Assembly (NCBI GenBank): GCA_965243135.1
Contig: OZ251539.1
Coordinates: 1,344,001 to 1,408,000 of the forward strand
Reading direction: 5' to 3'
Length of the DNA: 64,000 nt
Source: Alphaproteobacteria bacterium
GTDB taxonomy: Bacteria; Pseudomonadota; Alphaproteobacteria; MPNO01; UBA830
The notes beneath the pieces are model-generated. The model was not told where the DNA came from, made no database searches, and saw only the letters and a program-made list of their open reading frames with translations. Positions within the stretch are counted from its first letter, which is position 1, and the number at the start of each line of letters is the position of its first letter. Of this stretch, positions 18,920 through 30,159 are shown in pieces. Made by a program: the position numbers and the translations under genes.

Positions 18920-21325
18920 TCACTCTGCGCTGAAGATCTCCCCCGCTAGGCGTTCGAGTTCCGCGGCGACGCCGTGATCCGCGAGCGCGGCGCGCACGCG
19001 GCTTCTCGTCCGCGTGAAATACTCCCCCTCGACGCTCGGGACGCTGGCCGCGACTTCCTCCGCTGTCTCCGCCGCCGCGGCGATGCGGCGATGGAGTTCG
19101 TCGTTCTCGTCGAAGCGGGGGATGGGCAGGTTGAACACGTACTTGTCGAAGTCCCGTGCGCCCCACTGCCCCTGCGATTGGAACCGCCTCACGCCGGCCA
19201 GCAGCGCGGCGCTGTTGAGGAGGCCGCAGAGATAGCGGGCTTCCCCGAGGCTGTCGGCCGGCGCCCAATAGAGCTTGTGATCGATGATCGCTTCCTCGTC
19301 CTGCACGACCGCCGCTGCAAGGTTGGTTCCGGCCTCGGCGAACAGGACGCAGCTCGGCACCGGAAACAGCGGTCGCACGTCCGGACCGAAGGTCCAAGCC
19401 TCCGTGAACCGGAGCCTGAAGACGACATGTCCGGCCTGCGCGACTTCGCCCTTGTGGAACGCGGAGTACGCCCGGCGCGAGAGGGCGGCGTAGGGCAGCA
19501 CCAGGGCGATCCGCCCGGAGCGGCGCATGTAGAGCAGCGCCGCGCGCATGTAGAAGTAGCTCGCCAGATCCTGCTGGGTCGCCACGTTGCCGCCGACCCA
19601 GAGGCGCGACGCGCGGCACTCTTCGCGGAAGCGCTTCTGGAATTCCGCGCTCATGTAGCGGAACGAGACCCAGGGCGGGTTGCCGACGACGACGTCGGCC
19701 TTGCGGACGTCGGAAGCCAGCCAGACCGGCCGCGCGAGGTTGCGAGCGACATGGCCCCAGATGTGGTTGCGCCCTTCCTGCTGCAAACGCCGCATCGCCT
19801 CGAAGGTCGCGACGAGAACGCGCCTGTCCGTTGGCGACGCGAGGTCTTCCCGTTGCGCCCAGGCGTCGAACTCGTCCGGTGTCGCGCCGCGGTCGCCGAA
19901 ATCGATCATGCTGCGCAGAATGCGATCCAGAAGCCGCGCGTCGGCCGCCACGCCGGCCGGGAAGCGCAGCGTCGCCGCGCCGAGGCGCTGGGGTTTCGGG
20001 CTGGTCAAAGTAACTGGCGGGACGAAGATTTCCAGCATCTGCTCGTCGACCAGCAAATCCGGCTGTGCGCCTTTCTCGGCGGTGCGGGCGAGGTTCCATT
20101 GCAGCGCGTCGCCGAGATAGACCGGCAGCGCCACCTGTCCCGGATGGCCGCCGCGAAGCGCCGGCATCAGCGCCAGCAGGTAGGTGACGCGGGCGAATAT
20201 GACGGCGACTGGATGGATGTCGATTCCCGTCACCTTTTCCGTCGCGCGGCGAACCGCTTCGGCGGGTGGCAGTCCCGCTCTTTCGGCGGCGTCGAGAACC
20301 GCCCGCACAAGGTGGAAGAGGAACGTCCCGGAGCCGCAGGCCGGGTCCATCGTCCGGAACTGGAGCGGATATCCGTCACGGCGGCCGCGACTATGCGTGC
20401 CGCCAGCCAGTCCGGCGTGTAGTACTCCCCGAGGTCGTGGCGGGTCTCCGGATCGATGAGGCTCTCGTAGAGCGCTTTCAGGATGTCGACGCGGATGTCC
20501 TGCAGCCGGAACCGGCTGACGTGACGCCAGATTCGCATGACGAGGTCGCCGTCGGCGTTGGTCGCCGCGACCCAGTCGAAGAAATCGGGTTCGGCCTGGC
20601 AGGTGATGCCGAGCTTGGCGAAGCCTTCGCCGTGGAGAAGGGAAGGCGGGTCGGGCGGCGTGGCCATCGCCGCCCAGGCGATGGCCTTGGCGATGATCGC
20701 GAGATAGATGTGCTGCAAGATCGTCGCTGCCGACCTCGGCGCCGTACGCGAGACCGAGCAGCCTGCCCCACAGTTCCCTCTTCAGCTGCGCTGGCGGCGG
20801 ACCACAGTTCGGCGAGATCGTCGAGGGCGCGGCGGGTGCCGAGACTCTCGCGCCCGAACTCGCGCATGACCGTCTCTGGATCGGGCGGCAGGTCGCCGCC
20901 GATCGCGACCGCGCCCTGAAGCCAGGCCAGAAGCGTGCGAGGGCCTCCCAGTCGGTCCGTTAGCGGGCCGCAATCTCGAGGTTGTCGTTTCTGAGAAAGC
21001 AGGCGAGAAATTCGAAGCCGTCGGTAGCGAGGCCGACATAGCGTTCGCCGGTGGCGTCCTGACGCTCGGCAAGGTACCGCGCCAGTCCCCTTTCGGCGTC
21101 TTGGCGCTCGCGCCGCAGATCGGACTTGAACTCGAAGACGGTCCGGCCCAGCAGGGCGTCGATGCGTCCGTTCACTTCCGGCGCGGGCTTCTCGAAGTCG
21201 ATCTCCCGGCTTGCCGCGCCCAGACCGTCGACGAGAAGCCGGTACAGCAGCGTGCGCACCTTCTCGTGGCCGGGCCGCGATGCCAGTTCGACGACCGTTT
21301 CGTTCAAGACTTCCGCTGTCAGCAT
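18920..21325 (-). pseudogene. Type IIG-like fused restriction endonuclease / N6-adenine methyltransferase, frameshifted
   Basis: N-terminal GRIDALLGRTVFEFK (PD-(D/E)xK), LGEYYTPDWLA, DPACGSGTF (motif I), VGNPPW (motif IV), spread over at least four frames. Confidence 0.85.
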
Positions 21326-21795
21326 ATTCTCGTTTCGGGAGGTCCCGCACCCCTCCGTGTCCGTGCTCCGGACCGCAGCATACAGGCGGAAGGAGGAATC
21401 GGTAATTCCGCGAGCCCGCAGCGCCGGCCCCGGGCCGTCTGCGGTTCGCTCGCGGGAAATGCCGCAAGGCGGCGTCCAGACGCCGCCAGCCGTTCGCCGG
21501 TAAGGCAACGGTCCCCGGTTGGTTTGCGTTGCCTTCGCGACCCAGAATGCTTCCGGTAAGTTCTCGGCAGTCTGTAGTCGTGCTTCCCCCTGTGGACGGT
21601 CATTGACCGCAGGGAGCGCCTTTTCCTCGGCTGACATATGAAGACGGGCGGGCAGGGCGGGGCGCAGAGGATCCCGGAGGTGCAACGGTTCAACGTTTGG
21701 CCGCGCTGCGTCGTCTCGGCAGTCAAGGCCGTTCGCGGACGCGAGGAGCGTTGAGATGCTGGCTGGCGGTTTCGGAAACAGGAAGGAGAGGCGAC

Positions 21796-22080
21796 ATGAC
21801 CGGCGCGGCCTTTGCAGCATCGCTTGAGCGGCGCATTCGGAAAGCATACGAGGAGAGCGGAAACGTTCTCGGGTGGCGTTTTCTCTCCAGCCCGGCGGGA
21901 ACGTTGGATTCCGCCGAGGTTGCGCTGATCGACCAGAATCCGGGCGGCGATCGTCAACCGGACGACCATCCCGAATTCGCCATGGAGAAAGGTAGCGCAT
22001 ACGAAGAGGAAAAAAGGGACCATCCCCTGTCAATTCCGAAGCGCAACGCAGCCAGTCGGCACGCAAGGCAGGCGAGTTAA
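21796..22080 (+). pseudogene. Truncated hypothetical protein, possibly UDG-like superfamily N-terminus
   Basis: GGAGAGG RBS; GWRFLSSP...AEVALIDQNPGG resembles the G(L/I)NPG motif; stops at repeat R4. Confidence 0.35.
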
Positions 22081-22225
22081 GCGTCCCGCCGCTCCTCCCT
22101 CCGAAGGCCGCTGCGCGATGCTCTTCGCAGCCGCAACGCCTTACGCCGGCCCCGCGGACGCCTTCCCGCAACTTTTCAGGCGCTTACCGGTCGAGCGCCG
22201 CGCGAGCAACGAGCGCTGCCGCCTT
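22071..22225 (+). repeat. Dispersed repeat R4; second copy at ~41404-41570
   Basis: GGCGAGTTAAGCGTC...CCGAAGGCCGCTGCGCGA.GCTCTTCGCAG...TTCAGGCGCTTA.CGG...GCGCGAGCAACGA. Confidence 0.8.
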
Positions 22226-22290
22226 CGATGGCGCGCAGGCCGAACCCGCGGCGGCGTTCTTTCGCGGAGGCGGCCGTGACGGGAAGCCGT

Positions 22291-23823
22291 TCAGGCGGCC
22301 TCGCAATCGAAGCCGACGATGTTGCGCTCCTCGCGGCTGAACTCCACCCCGATCATCTGCACCGAACGTCCGAGACGGCGGTACTTGTCCGCGTAGCCCT
22401 TCTCCCGCAGTTGCGCGATCGCGGTTCCCTCCCGCCCGCGTTCCACTACCTTGAACTCGAACAGGTAAACGCGCCCGCCGGCGCGGATCGCCATGTCGGC
22501 GCGCCCCTGGCTGCCGCTGTCCTCGGCCACCGGCTCGACGCCCTCCATCAGGAAGCAACTGTGGATGACGCTCGCGTAGTGGGCCTCGTACTTCGCGACG
22601 GGGCTGGTCGCGTACCATTGGTGCGGGATGGCGGCGAAGACGCCGCGGAACAGGGTCCCGAGGCGCTCGAAGTCGTTCGCCTCCAGCAATTCGCCCAGCC
22701 GCAGGCGCTGCGTCTTCTTGCGCGCCTCGACCGGAAGCAGTTCTCCCAGCAGGGCCTCGCCCAGGCTCCGGCGCACCTCGAGGTTCGGGTAGTCCAGCCG
22801 GTAGCGCCCGTCCTCCTCGCCGACGATGGTGAGATAGCCGGTCTGGAACAGAAGCGCCTCGACCGAGATATTGTCCACGTCGAAGGTCGAGAGCAGGCTC
22901 TCGCTGCCGATCATGCCGTCCAGATCCGGAGTGGGCAGGTCGCGGCGCGTCAGCGTCTCGACCAGGAAGGTCGGCGTGCCGCTCTGGAACCAGTAGTTGC
23001 CGAACCTGCGCTCGGCGAGCAGCAGCAGGATGCCGAACGGATTGTAGAGCCTCTCCGGCCCGCGCCAGTTGTAGCCGTTGTACCAGCGGCGGATCTCGTC
23101 CCGGTCCAGGCCCTCGAGTTCCGGGGCGAAGACCGCGTCCAGTTCGTCGTCGGTATAGCCGCAGATGTCCGAGAACTCCGGCGCCAGCGTGATGTCGCGC
23201 AGGTTGTTCAGGCCCGAGAACAGGCCCGATAACTTGCTCACCCCCGTCAGAAAAACGAAATGGAGCTGCTCGTCGCAGGTCTTGATCACCCCGTACAGGC
23301 TGCGCAGGAAGTCGCGGTTGGCCAGCGCCAGTTCCCGGTCGCCGAGCGCGTCCAGGATCGGCTTGTCGTATTCGTCGACCAGAACGACCGCCCGCTGTCC
23401 GGTGCGCTCGTGCAGCGTCCTTATCAGGTGCCGAAAACGGACCGCCGCCCCGGCGGGGCCCGGTTCGAGGCCGGCCTGCATCTCCGTCTCTTCCAGCTGC
23501 GCTTCCACGGTTTCCCGAACCCCGTCCGGGCCGTCGAAACGGCCCACGCCGCTGAAATCCAGCCGCACGACCGGATGGTGCGCCGACCAGTCCCACTTGT
23601 CGTGTATGGCGAGGCCCCGGAACAACTCCTCGCTTCCCTCGAACAGCTTCTGCAGCGTGTCCACCAGCAGGGTCTTGCCGAACCGGCGCGGACGCGACAG
23701 GAAGTAGTAATCGCCCCCTTCGACGAGCCGTCGCACATGGTCCGTCTTGTCGACGTAGTAGCAGTCTCTCGTCCGGATTTTCCGGAGGGAGGTCAAGCCG
23801 ATCGGAAGCACGCGTTTCGTCAT
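22291..23823 (-). CDS. AAA-ATPase-like protein with C-terminal PD-(D/E)xK nuclease (PDDEXK_9 type)
   Basis: LPIG...YYVDKT, LSRPRRFGKT, VLVDEYDKP, FLTGVSK, WYNGY, YNPF, GRADM...YLFEFK, QLREKGYADKY. Confidence 0.92.
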   Translation of the reverse strand: MTKRVLPIGLTSLRKIRTRDCYYVDKTDHVRRLVEGGDYYFLSRPRRFGKTLLVDTLQKLFEGSEELFRGLAIHDKWDWSAHHPVVRLDFSGVGRFDGPDGVRETVEAQLEETEMQAGLEPGPAGAAVRFRHLIRTLHERTGQRAVVLVDEYDKPILDALGDRELALANRDFLRSLYGVIKTCDEQLHFVFLTGVSKLSGLFSGLNNLRDITLAPEFSDICGYTDDELDAVFAPELEGLDRDEIRRWYNGYNWRGPERLYNPFGILLLLAERRFGNYWFQSGTPTFLVETLTRRDLPTPDLDGMIGSESLLSTFDVDNISVEALLFQTGYLTIVGEEDGRYRLDYPNLEVRRSLGEALLGELLPVEARKKTQRLRLGELLEANDFERLGTLFRGVFAAIPHQWYATSPVAKYEAHYASVIHSCFLMEGVEPVAEDSGSQGRADMAIRAGGRVYLFEFKVVERGREGTAIAQLREKGYADKYRRLGRSVQMIGVEFSREERNIVGFDCEAA

Positions 23824-24161
23824 TTGAAGAGGGTAGGCCGCCGCGCCGGAGCCGTCAAGAAGTCGGCGGCGGCAGGCCTGTCTGCGTCCCTTGGCGCTGC
23901 AAGCAGCCAGCAGCTTCCGCGGCGGTACGGGCGGGCGGCAGGGAAAGCGCGGAGGCGAGCGAACCTGTCGCTCCGCGGAAATCCTGCCCCGCCGAGGCGA
24001 GCGCGTTCGGCACGCTCAACGCGCGGCCAGGGAGGCCGCGGGCGGAAGCGAACGCCGACGGAAGGCGCCGCCACTAAAGGCGACGCGCAACGACGTCGAC
24101 GCCGGCTTCGCGAGCCTCGACGGCAAGGTTGACGCCTTCGCCGCGGAAACCAGGGCCGACG

Positions 24162-25798
24162 CAGCAATTCCCGCTAAGGCTCGAAACCCGTGGAAAATAT
24201 GGAGTCCGAAAAAAATTTTTCGTAGACTTTTCGAGGTGATTCGGGGCTATTTGCCTTCGAGCGGAGCATCTTTCTCTGGAAAGTGGTCCGAAGGCGAGGC
24301 GGGATTGTACCAAAATGGCCAGAATGCCAGGCATGCGCAAGACGCTCAGCGCTCCGGGATTGCTGAAGGCGCTCCGGGAGGTTTTTGACGGCATTGAGGA
24401 TCTGACGGCGAGTCGAGGCGTCGCTCTTTCGGACTGCCTGATGTCGGGGATTGCGGTATTTGGTTTGAAGTACAAATCTCTTTTAAAGTTTGATCGCGAC
24501 GCACGTTTTGATGAAACGGTTCGCAATAATCTTGCGACGTTGTACGGGATAGAGAGAGCGCCTTCCGACAGCAGGTTGCGCGAGCGTCTGGACGACGTGG
24601 ACCCCCGTAGTTTACGTCCCGCTTTCACGAAGATGTTCCAGTTGCTTCAGCGTGGAAAGGGTCTGGAAGGTTACACCTGTCTAGGCGGGCATTATCTTTT
24701 ATCCGTTGACGGAACGGGATATTTTTCATCTCACAAGGTGCACTGTAAAAGCTGCTGTGAAAAGCATCACAGGAACGGAACAATCACGTACTACCACCAG
24801 ATGCTGGGGGCAGTTCTCGTGCGCCAAAAGGAAGTTTTCCCTCTTGCACCGGAGCCGATTACCAAGAAAGATGGAAAGAAGAAAAACGATTGCGAACGCA
24901 ACGCAGCGACACGACTGTTGCGCGATGTGCGGCGGGAGCATCCGTTTTTGAAATTGATAGTGGTAGAAGACGGACTTGCCTCGAACGGCCCGCATGTCAA
25001 GCATCTCAAGGAGTTGAACCTTCGCTTCATACTGGGCGCGAAGCCGGGAGATCATAAATTTTTGTTTGATTTAGTGGACAGGTCACGATCTGTGAAACGT
25101 GCTGAATTCTCCGATAAAGAAGGTATAATGCACGAATTCAGATATCTTAACAAGGCACCACTCAACGATGCGAATTTCGACCTTGAAGTCAACTTTGTTG
25201 AATACTGGGAAAAGCATCCCGACGGCAGAAAGCAACGCTTCTCTTGGGTTACGGATCTGCCAGTAGGAGATCACAACCTGATGGAGATAATGCGCGCCGG
25301 ACGTGCGCGTTGGCGTATCGAAAACGAGACCTTCAACACCCTGAAGAACCAAGGTTACAACTTCGAACACAACTTCGGTCATGGTTACAAGCATCTGTCG
25401 AATGTCTTTGCTAACTTGATGATGCTGGCTTTCCTGATCGATCAGATTCAGCAGAGATGTTGCAATCTGTTTCAAAGAGCACGGAAGAAAGCCGAGCGTT
25501 CCATCTACTTGTGGGAGAAGTTGAGGGCTATGTTCTTCAACTTTTCACTACCAAGCTGGGAAACGCTTTATCGTGCGATAGCGTTCGGATATAAGAAACC
25601 GATTTTGGAACCTTACGATACTTCCTGACATAATAAATTTTCGAAGTGTGTAGCAGGTTCTTCAGGGGGAAACATAACCAACGAAAGCTCGGCCATAAAG
25701 CCGAACGTTAGACGTCTGTCCTGACGGTCGTGCCTCCTGTCGAGAGAGTCCTTTGCATCTGATTTAGCAGGACCACTACGAGTTAGCGGGAATTTCTG
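24162..25798 (+). mobile_element. ISNCY-like (ISDol1-like) insertion sequence, copy 2
   Basis: Same TIRs; 9-bp target duplication GGGCCGACG at 24153-24161 and 25799-25807. Confidence 0.92.
24315..25628 (+). CDS. DDE transposase, open reading frame intact
   Basis: SVDGTGYFSS, VVEDGLASNGPH, RARWRIENETFNTLKNQGYNFEHNFGHG; 437 aa. Confidence 0.9.
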   Translation: MARMPGMRKTLSAPGLLKALREVFDGIEDLTASRGVALSDCLMSGIAVFGLKYKSLLKFDRDARFDETVRNNLATLYGIERAPSDSRLRERLDDVDPRSLRPAFTKMFQLLQRGKGLEGYTCLGGHYLLSVDGTGYFSSHKVHCKSCCEKHHRNGTITYYHQMLGAVLVRQKEVFPLAPEPITKKDGKKKNDCERNAATRLLRDVRREHPFLKLIVVEDGLASNGPHVKHLKELNLRFILGAKPGDHKFLFDLVDRSRSVKRAEFSDKEGIMHEFRYLNKAPLNDANFDLEVNFVEYWEKHPDGRKQRFSWVTDLPVGDHNLMEIMRAGRARWRIENETFNTLKNQGYNFEHNFGHGYKHLSNVFANLMMLAFLIDQIQQRCCNLFQRARKKAERSIYLWEKLRAMFFNFSLPSWETLYRAIAFGYKKPILEPYDTS

Positions 25799-25849
25799 GG
25801 GCCGACGCAACTCGACGGCAAGCGCCCTCGCCAGGGAAAGCCGCGCGCC

Positions 25850-26716
25850 GACGATTGTCGCGGCAGGCCTCGCCGCCCCTGTGTTGGTTCGCCGCCAGAG
25901 ATCCGTGCGCGCGACGACATGCGCCGCAAGCGGCGAAACGCCTGAACGTCAGACAACGGTTTCGTCGAACGAGAGCGTCGTCCGGTCGAGCGAGCGGACG
26001 TCCGCCGCCGAAAACCATGGGTTCGTTCGAAGCCATCAACCGAAGCGGCTCACGAAACCGGAAATCTGGAAATGCAACGCAAGGCAGGACCACCTTGCAA
26101 CCGCCACCGGAAACTCCTTGCCGTTGCCGGTCGTGCGCACGAACTCCCTGTACGGGACACTCCCGTTTCTTGGCCGTCCTGCCGCCGAGCAGGACCGGAA
26201 ACGTGAACCTGGAGGCGCGAACCGCCCTCCCAGTCCCCGACCCGCGACTTCTCTTCGACGATCTCCGGGCGCATGTCCGTCCGGCCCGCCCTTTGGCGCG
26301 CGAGTTCCCCTTCTTGCCGCGTCGCCGCCGGAACAACGTTCCGCCAGCCCCTTCCATGCGCGCCTGCCGCTCGTGGCCGACCGCCCGGAGGCGCAGGCGT
26401 CCCGAGCCGGGACTCCGCTGCAGGGACAGCTTCTCGTCGGCTTTGCCCCACCGGGTTCCGAGGCTGCGCCGAAGCCGCGCTGCGGCGCTCGGTCGCCAGC
26501 CGGTCGGCCTGGTCGCGCCGGCCCGCGTTGCGGGTCGGTTCGCGGCTGGCGGGGTGGCGGCCGAGCCGCGTCGCTGCCTCGCCGCCTTCCTTCTACCAAC
26601 GTTCGTCGCGGGCAGACGTTGGCCTCTATTTTTGAACTCACCCGCCTGACCTCTCCGCAACGTGCAAACGGTCGGTCAGCCACCACGCGTGTTGCGCTTC
26701 AAACTTGAAGTGGCGG
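25850..26716 (-). pseudogene. Degenerate IS30-family element
   Basis: RPEIVEEKSRVGDWEG and TGNGKEF motifs; IS30-like end GTTGCGCTTCAAACTTGAAGTGGCG near 26691-26715; left limit approximate. Confidence 0.65.
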
Positions 26717-26762
26717 GACGTATTCGGTAAAGTCCATTTCCCCGAGCGCGAGGAAGTTTGCA

Positions 26763-27869
26763 ATGAACGCTGAACTGATCGAACGCATAAACGTCTCCGA
26801 GCTGGCGTTCGATGTCCGCAACCCCCGGCTTCCCGAGTTCGACCTGACGGATGCCACGCCGGAGGAGGATGTCGTTCGCCTGTTGTGGGAGACAATGGAC
26901 GTGCGGGAACTTGTGATGTCCATTGCCGCGAGCGGTTTCTTTTCTCATGAACCGCTGATTATTGCGTGCGAAGACGGCAAGAACGTGGTGATCGAGGGCA
27001 ACCGCCGCCTCGCCGCCGTGAAACTTCTTTTGCATCCCGATCTTGCGCAAAAGGTAGGCGCCGAGGTTCCTGCTCTTGGGAAGGAAAGAAAGGAAGCGCT
27101 TAACGAGCTTCCCGTCGTGCATGCGACGCGCGAGGGGGCGTGGCGTTACCTCGGTTTCAAGCACGTCAACGGCCCCGCCAAGTGGGGAAGTTATGCCAAA
27201 TCAAAATACGTCGCCGAAATACATAGGAAATACGGCGTTAGTCTTGAAGATATTGCCAAGCAGATCGGCGACACGCACAGGATGGTGCAGAGAATGTACA
27301 GGGGTCTTATGGTCATTGAGCAAGCGGAACGATTGGAGCTCTTTAGCCGTGAGGATCGCTGGAGAAGGCGTTTTTATTTTTCTCATATGTACACCGGGAT
27401 TGAATATCGTGGCATTGGCGGGTTCATCGGTCTCCGTCCCGCGGCTGACGAGGCTCCTGAACCGGTTCCTTCCGACAAAACGAAAGAACTCCGCGAACTC
27501 TGCTTGTGGATGTATGGAAGTAAGAGGGAGGATAGGCAGCCGATCATAGAACGGCAAAATCCGGATCTTCGGCATCTCGAAGCTGTCGTTTCCAACGAGG
27601 AAGCAATTGCCGCCCTTCGGGCAGGTGAAACGCTTCGTATTGCCTACGAAATAAGTAGACCGTCTTCGAATGTTTTTGAGGAAAGCTTGACGGCTTCGAG
27701 GCGAATTCTTGAAAAAGCGCAAAGCAAAATGTCCGCTGGTTATGATGGATCCGAACAATTGCTTCGAATCGCCGGAACCGTGTTGACAATCGCAGAAGAT
27801 CTATACAAAGAAATGGATCGTAAACGTAATCCGGAAGACAAAAAGAAGCGCCTCACGGTCGACAACTGA
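26763..27869 (+). CDS. ParB/Srx-like N-terminal domain protein
   Basis: LAFDVRNPRL, ELVMSIAASGF..HEPLI, VIEGNRRLAAVKLL, HVNGPAKW, HTH-like SLEDIAKQIG; 368 aa intact. Confidence 0.8.
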   Translation: MNAELIERINVSELAFDVRNPRLPEFDLTDATPEEDVVRLLWETMDVRELVMSIAASGFFSHEPLIIACEDGKNVVIEGNRRLAAVKLLLHPDLAQKVGAEVPALGKERKEALNELPVVHATREGAWRYLGFKHVNGPAKWGSYAKSKYVAEIHRKYGVSLEDIAKQIGDTHRMVQRMYRGLMVIEQAERLELFSREDRWRRRFYFSHMYTGIEYRGIGGFIGLRPAADEAPEPVPSDKTKELRELCLWMYGSKREDRQPIIERQNPDLRHLEAVVSNEEAIAALRAGETLRIAYEISRPSSNVFEESLTASRRILEKAQSKMSAGYDGSEQLLRIAGTVLTIAEDLYKEMDRKRNPEDKKKRLTVDN

Positions 27870-28813
27870 TGTTTAAATTTCCGGGCGTTCCCACTGTGCG
27901 TGCGTCCGCGCACGAGCTTGCGGATTTCGCCGAACTGATGGCCTGGCGGGATGGGAGTGTATCGACTACTGATTTATCACGGGCCATCGGAAGGATCGAA
28001 GAAAACGACTATGGTGCAGGAGTGCCGGAGGAGGACGAGGCGGAGCATGACGCGGAAAGTGCTTATATTGAGATAGAAAATCGCGATTGCGCTTGCGGAA
28101 CGAGCGCGAGCTATCCGTTTTTGATTTGCGCCCGAGGGAATACGCTCGTACGGCATTCTGAGAAATTGAATTGCCGACAACTGGTTTATCTTTACTTGCT
28201 TCTCGCAACTCGACTGAATATGCGTGATAATCGAATGCATGCTGGAATCGATGGTGCGCTTCTTTTCGAGAAAGTATGTGCCGACGTGGCGAAATCCTAC
28301 CTCGGCGACCGCGCCGAAAGCATGGTGTTCGGAATAGCGGCGGAGGCCGGTGGATTTCGGAAGAGGATCGAGGATTTTTGTCGCCAACTTGGTGAAGGAG
28401 GAGGTGTGAAGGACAAGGTGAATCCCAACGTGAAAGACGACAATCTGGACGTCGTCGCATGGAAACCGTTTGCCGATTCATGGCAAGGTAAGCTCATAAT
28501 TTTCGGCCAATGCAAAACAGGAACGAATTACAGAGATATGCTGAGGCAGCTTCAACCTGACGCTTTTTGCGACAAATGGCTACGGGAAAGGCCACCAGTC
28601 GTTCCTTTGCGCGCTTTTTTTGTTTCCGAAGCGTTATCTCGGTCGGGCGGCCGGTCACGGTGCCAATGGTACGAACATTCCGTTGACGCCGGGCTTCTCT
28701 TCGACCGTTGTCGGATCGTCGATTTCTGCGATAGCGTAGCGGAAGAGATATTGGAGGAAGTCAGGACATGGACCGAGGCTGCCGCTGAGTGTACCGAACT
28801 TCCTGCTCCCTGA
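27869..28813 (+). CDS. Hypothetical protein with a restriction-endonuclease-like PD-(D/E)xK C-terminal region
   Basis: TGATG overlap; LLFEKVC...KDDNLDVVAWKPF...FGQCKTG (E..D..QxK), GLLFDRCRI. Confidence 0.65.
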   Translation: MFKFPGVPTVRASAHELADFAELMAWRDGSVSTTDLSRAIGRIEENDYGAGVPEEDEAEHDAESAYIEIENRDCACGTSASYPFLICARGNTLVRHSEKLNCRQLVYLYLLLATRLNMRDNRMHAGIDGALLFEKVCADVAKSYLGDRAESMVFGIAAEAGGFRKRIEDFCRQLGEGGGVKDKVNPNVKDDNLDVVAWKPFADSWQGKLIIFGQCKTGTNYRDMLRQLQPDAFCDKWLRERPPVVPLRAFFVSEALSRSGGRSRCQWYEHSVDAGLLFDRCRIVDFCDSVAEEILEEVRTWTEAAAECTELPAP

Positions 28814-29299
28814 CACGGTCTTGCGCGCGATCCACGCGAGGATCGGCCAAACAGAGCGACACAGACGCGTCGGCCCCGCTGCGGTTTCCTGCTTGGATGT
28901 CCGCAACCATGGACGGCGACAGATTGTCCGCGGCAATGGCCGCGACCAGCGCATGTCTCCGGGGACCTGGCGGCGCCCGCCCGGAGCGCTGCCGAAGGTT
29001 TCCGCGTCCGACGACTCGCTTCGCCGTGCCGACCGACGGCGAAACCACGGCGGAGGCGCAGAAACGGCGAAGCAGGAACACCACGACCGGAATGTCCCGC
29101 GCGGAACATTGCCCGCGAGGACGACGTGGACGATCCGATCTTCAGCGAGGCGGCGACGCTCGAAGGCCAGCGTCACGGAAGCGCTTCTCGACCATGCCGT
29201 TAAGAAACAGCGGTGCGAGGAATTGGCGAACTTCTTGGTGCCTCGCCGGCCGGCCGAGGCCTGGCTGTAGGCGGAGGAGCGGCGCGGACGGATTGTCTA

Positions 29300-29950
29300 C
29301 CAGCCGGTTTTCATAACGGCGTTCGACCGCACCGAGGCCATCGTGCGCCCGAAGCACGGACCATGGACGTTCTGCGCGCGAAATCAACGTGCGCTGCCGC
29401 GGCTACCCGCTCTATCGGAGAGAAAGATAAGCGCTGCCGGCAGAGGACCAGAGACCGGTCGGGTGCGCGGACCACGGAACGGCCGCATGTTGGCGAAATC
29501 AGAGGCGCTCTTTCCAGCGCGGCTCGGGAAAGCATCCGGCTCCCGACACAGCGATCATCATGAGAAGGTGGAGTAAAGAGCGATGCTTGCCCCGCGGAAG
29601 GAGCTTGTCCTGTTCCCGGGCGGCGGAGCATGTCGGCGCGGTCCCCCCGGTACAACCGGAAACAAGCCGCTGCGGGGTTGTTCTCGTAGGTGGAACAGTC
29701 GGTCTCCTGAACGTTCTGGACGGCATATCGTGCGTGCAATCTGTGGAACTCCGGGATGTTCCGGCTGGTCCGCGAAACTGTCCACGTCCCCGGCGGCGTT
29801 CCACGGCTCCGTTCCGGAATGGACGACCGTCGAGAAGGGGATCCGACCGTCGGTGCCGTCGAGCTCCGCATGGTTTCCTGGTCCACGCGGTTCGATCCGG
29901 TAGGACGCTATGGGTTCCGCCATCTCGCGCCCTGGCTGTTCAGCATCCGC
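29300..29950 (-). pseudogene. Possible Rpn/YhgA-like nuclease remnant
   Basis: GRIPFSTVVHSGTEPWNAAGDVDSF resembles P.V.Y.G..PW.A..D; heavily degraded. Confidence 0.3.
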
Positions 29951-30159
29951 AATGGCGTCCGTCCGGCAGGAACGGGTTCGCGCCGCACTCGACGAGAACG
30001 GCGAAGGCCGCGTAGTTCTTGGCGAGCGTGGTGCCGTGCCGACAATCTTCGTTACCAGTTCTGCAGGACGGCCCGCAGACAATGAAACTGGGGACAGAGC
30101 CTTAAGCCAAGGGTCTGCAAGTGACCGGCGGCGTTCCAGAACGACAGGTTCAGGCTCCG

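Noticed and set aside
26763-27869. Chromosome or plasmid partition gene parB
   Set aside because: No parA or parS-like site seen; it is coupled to a nuclease-like gene instead.
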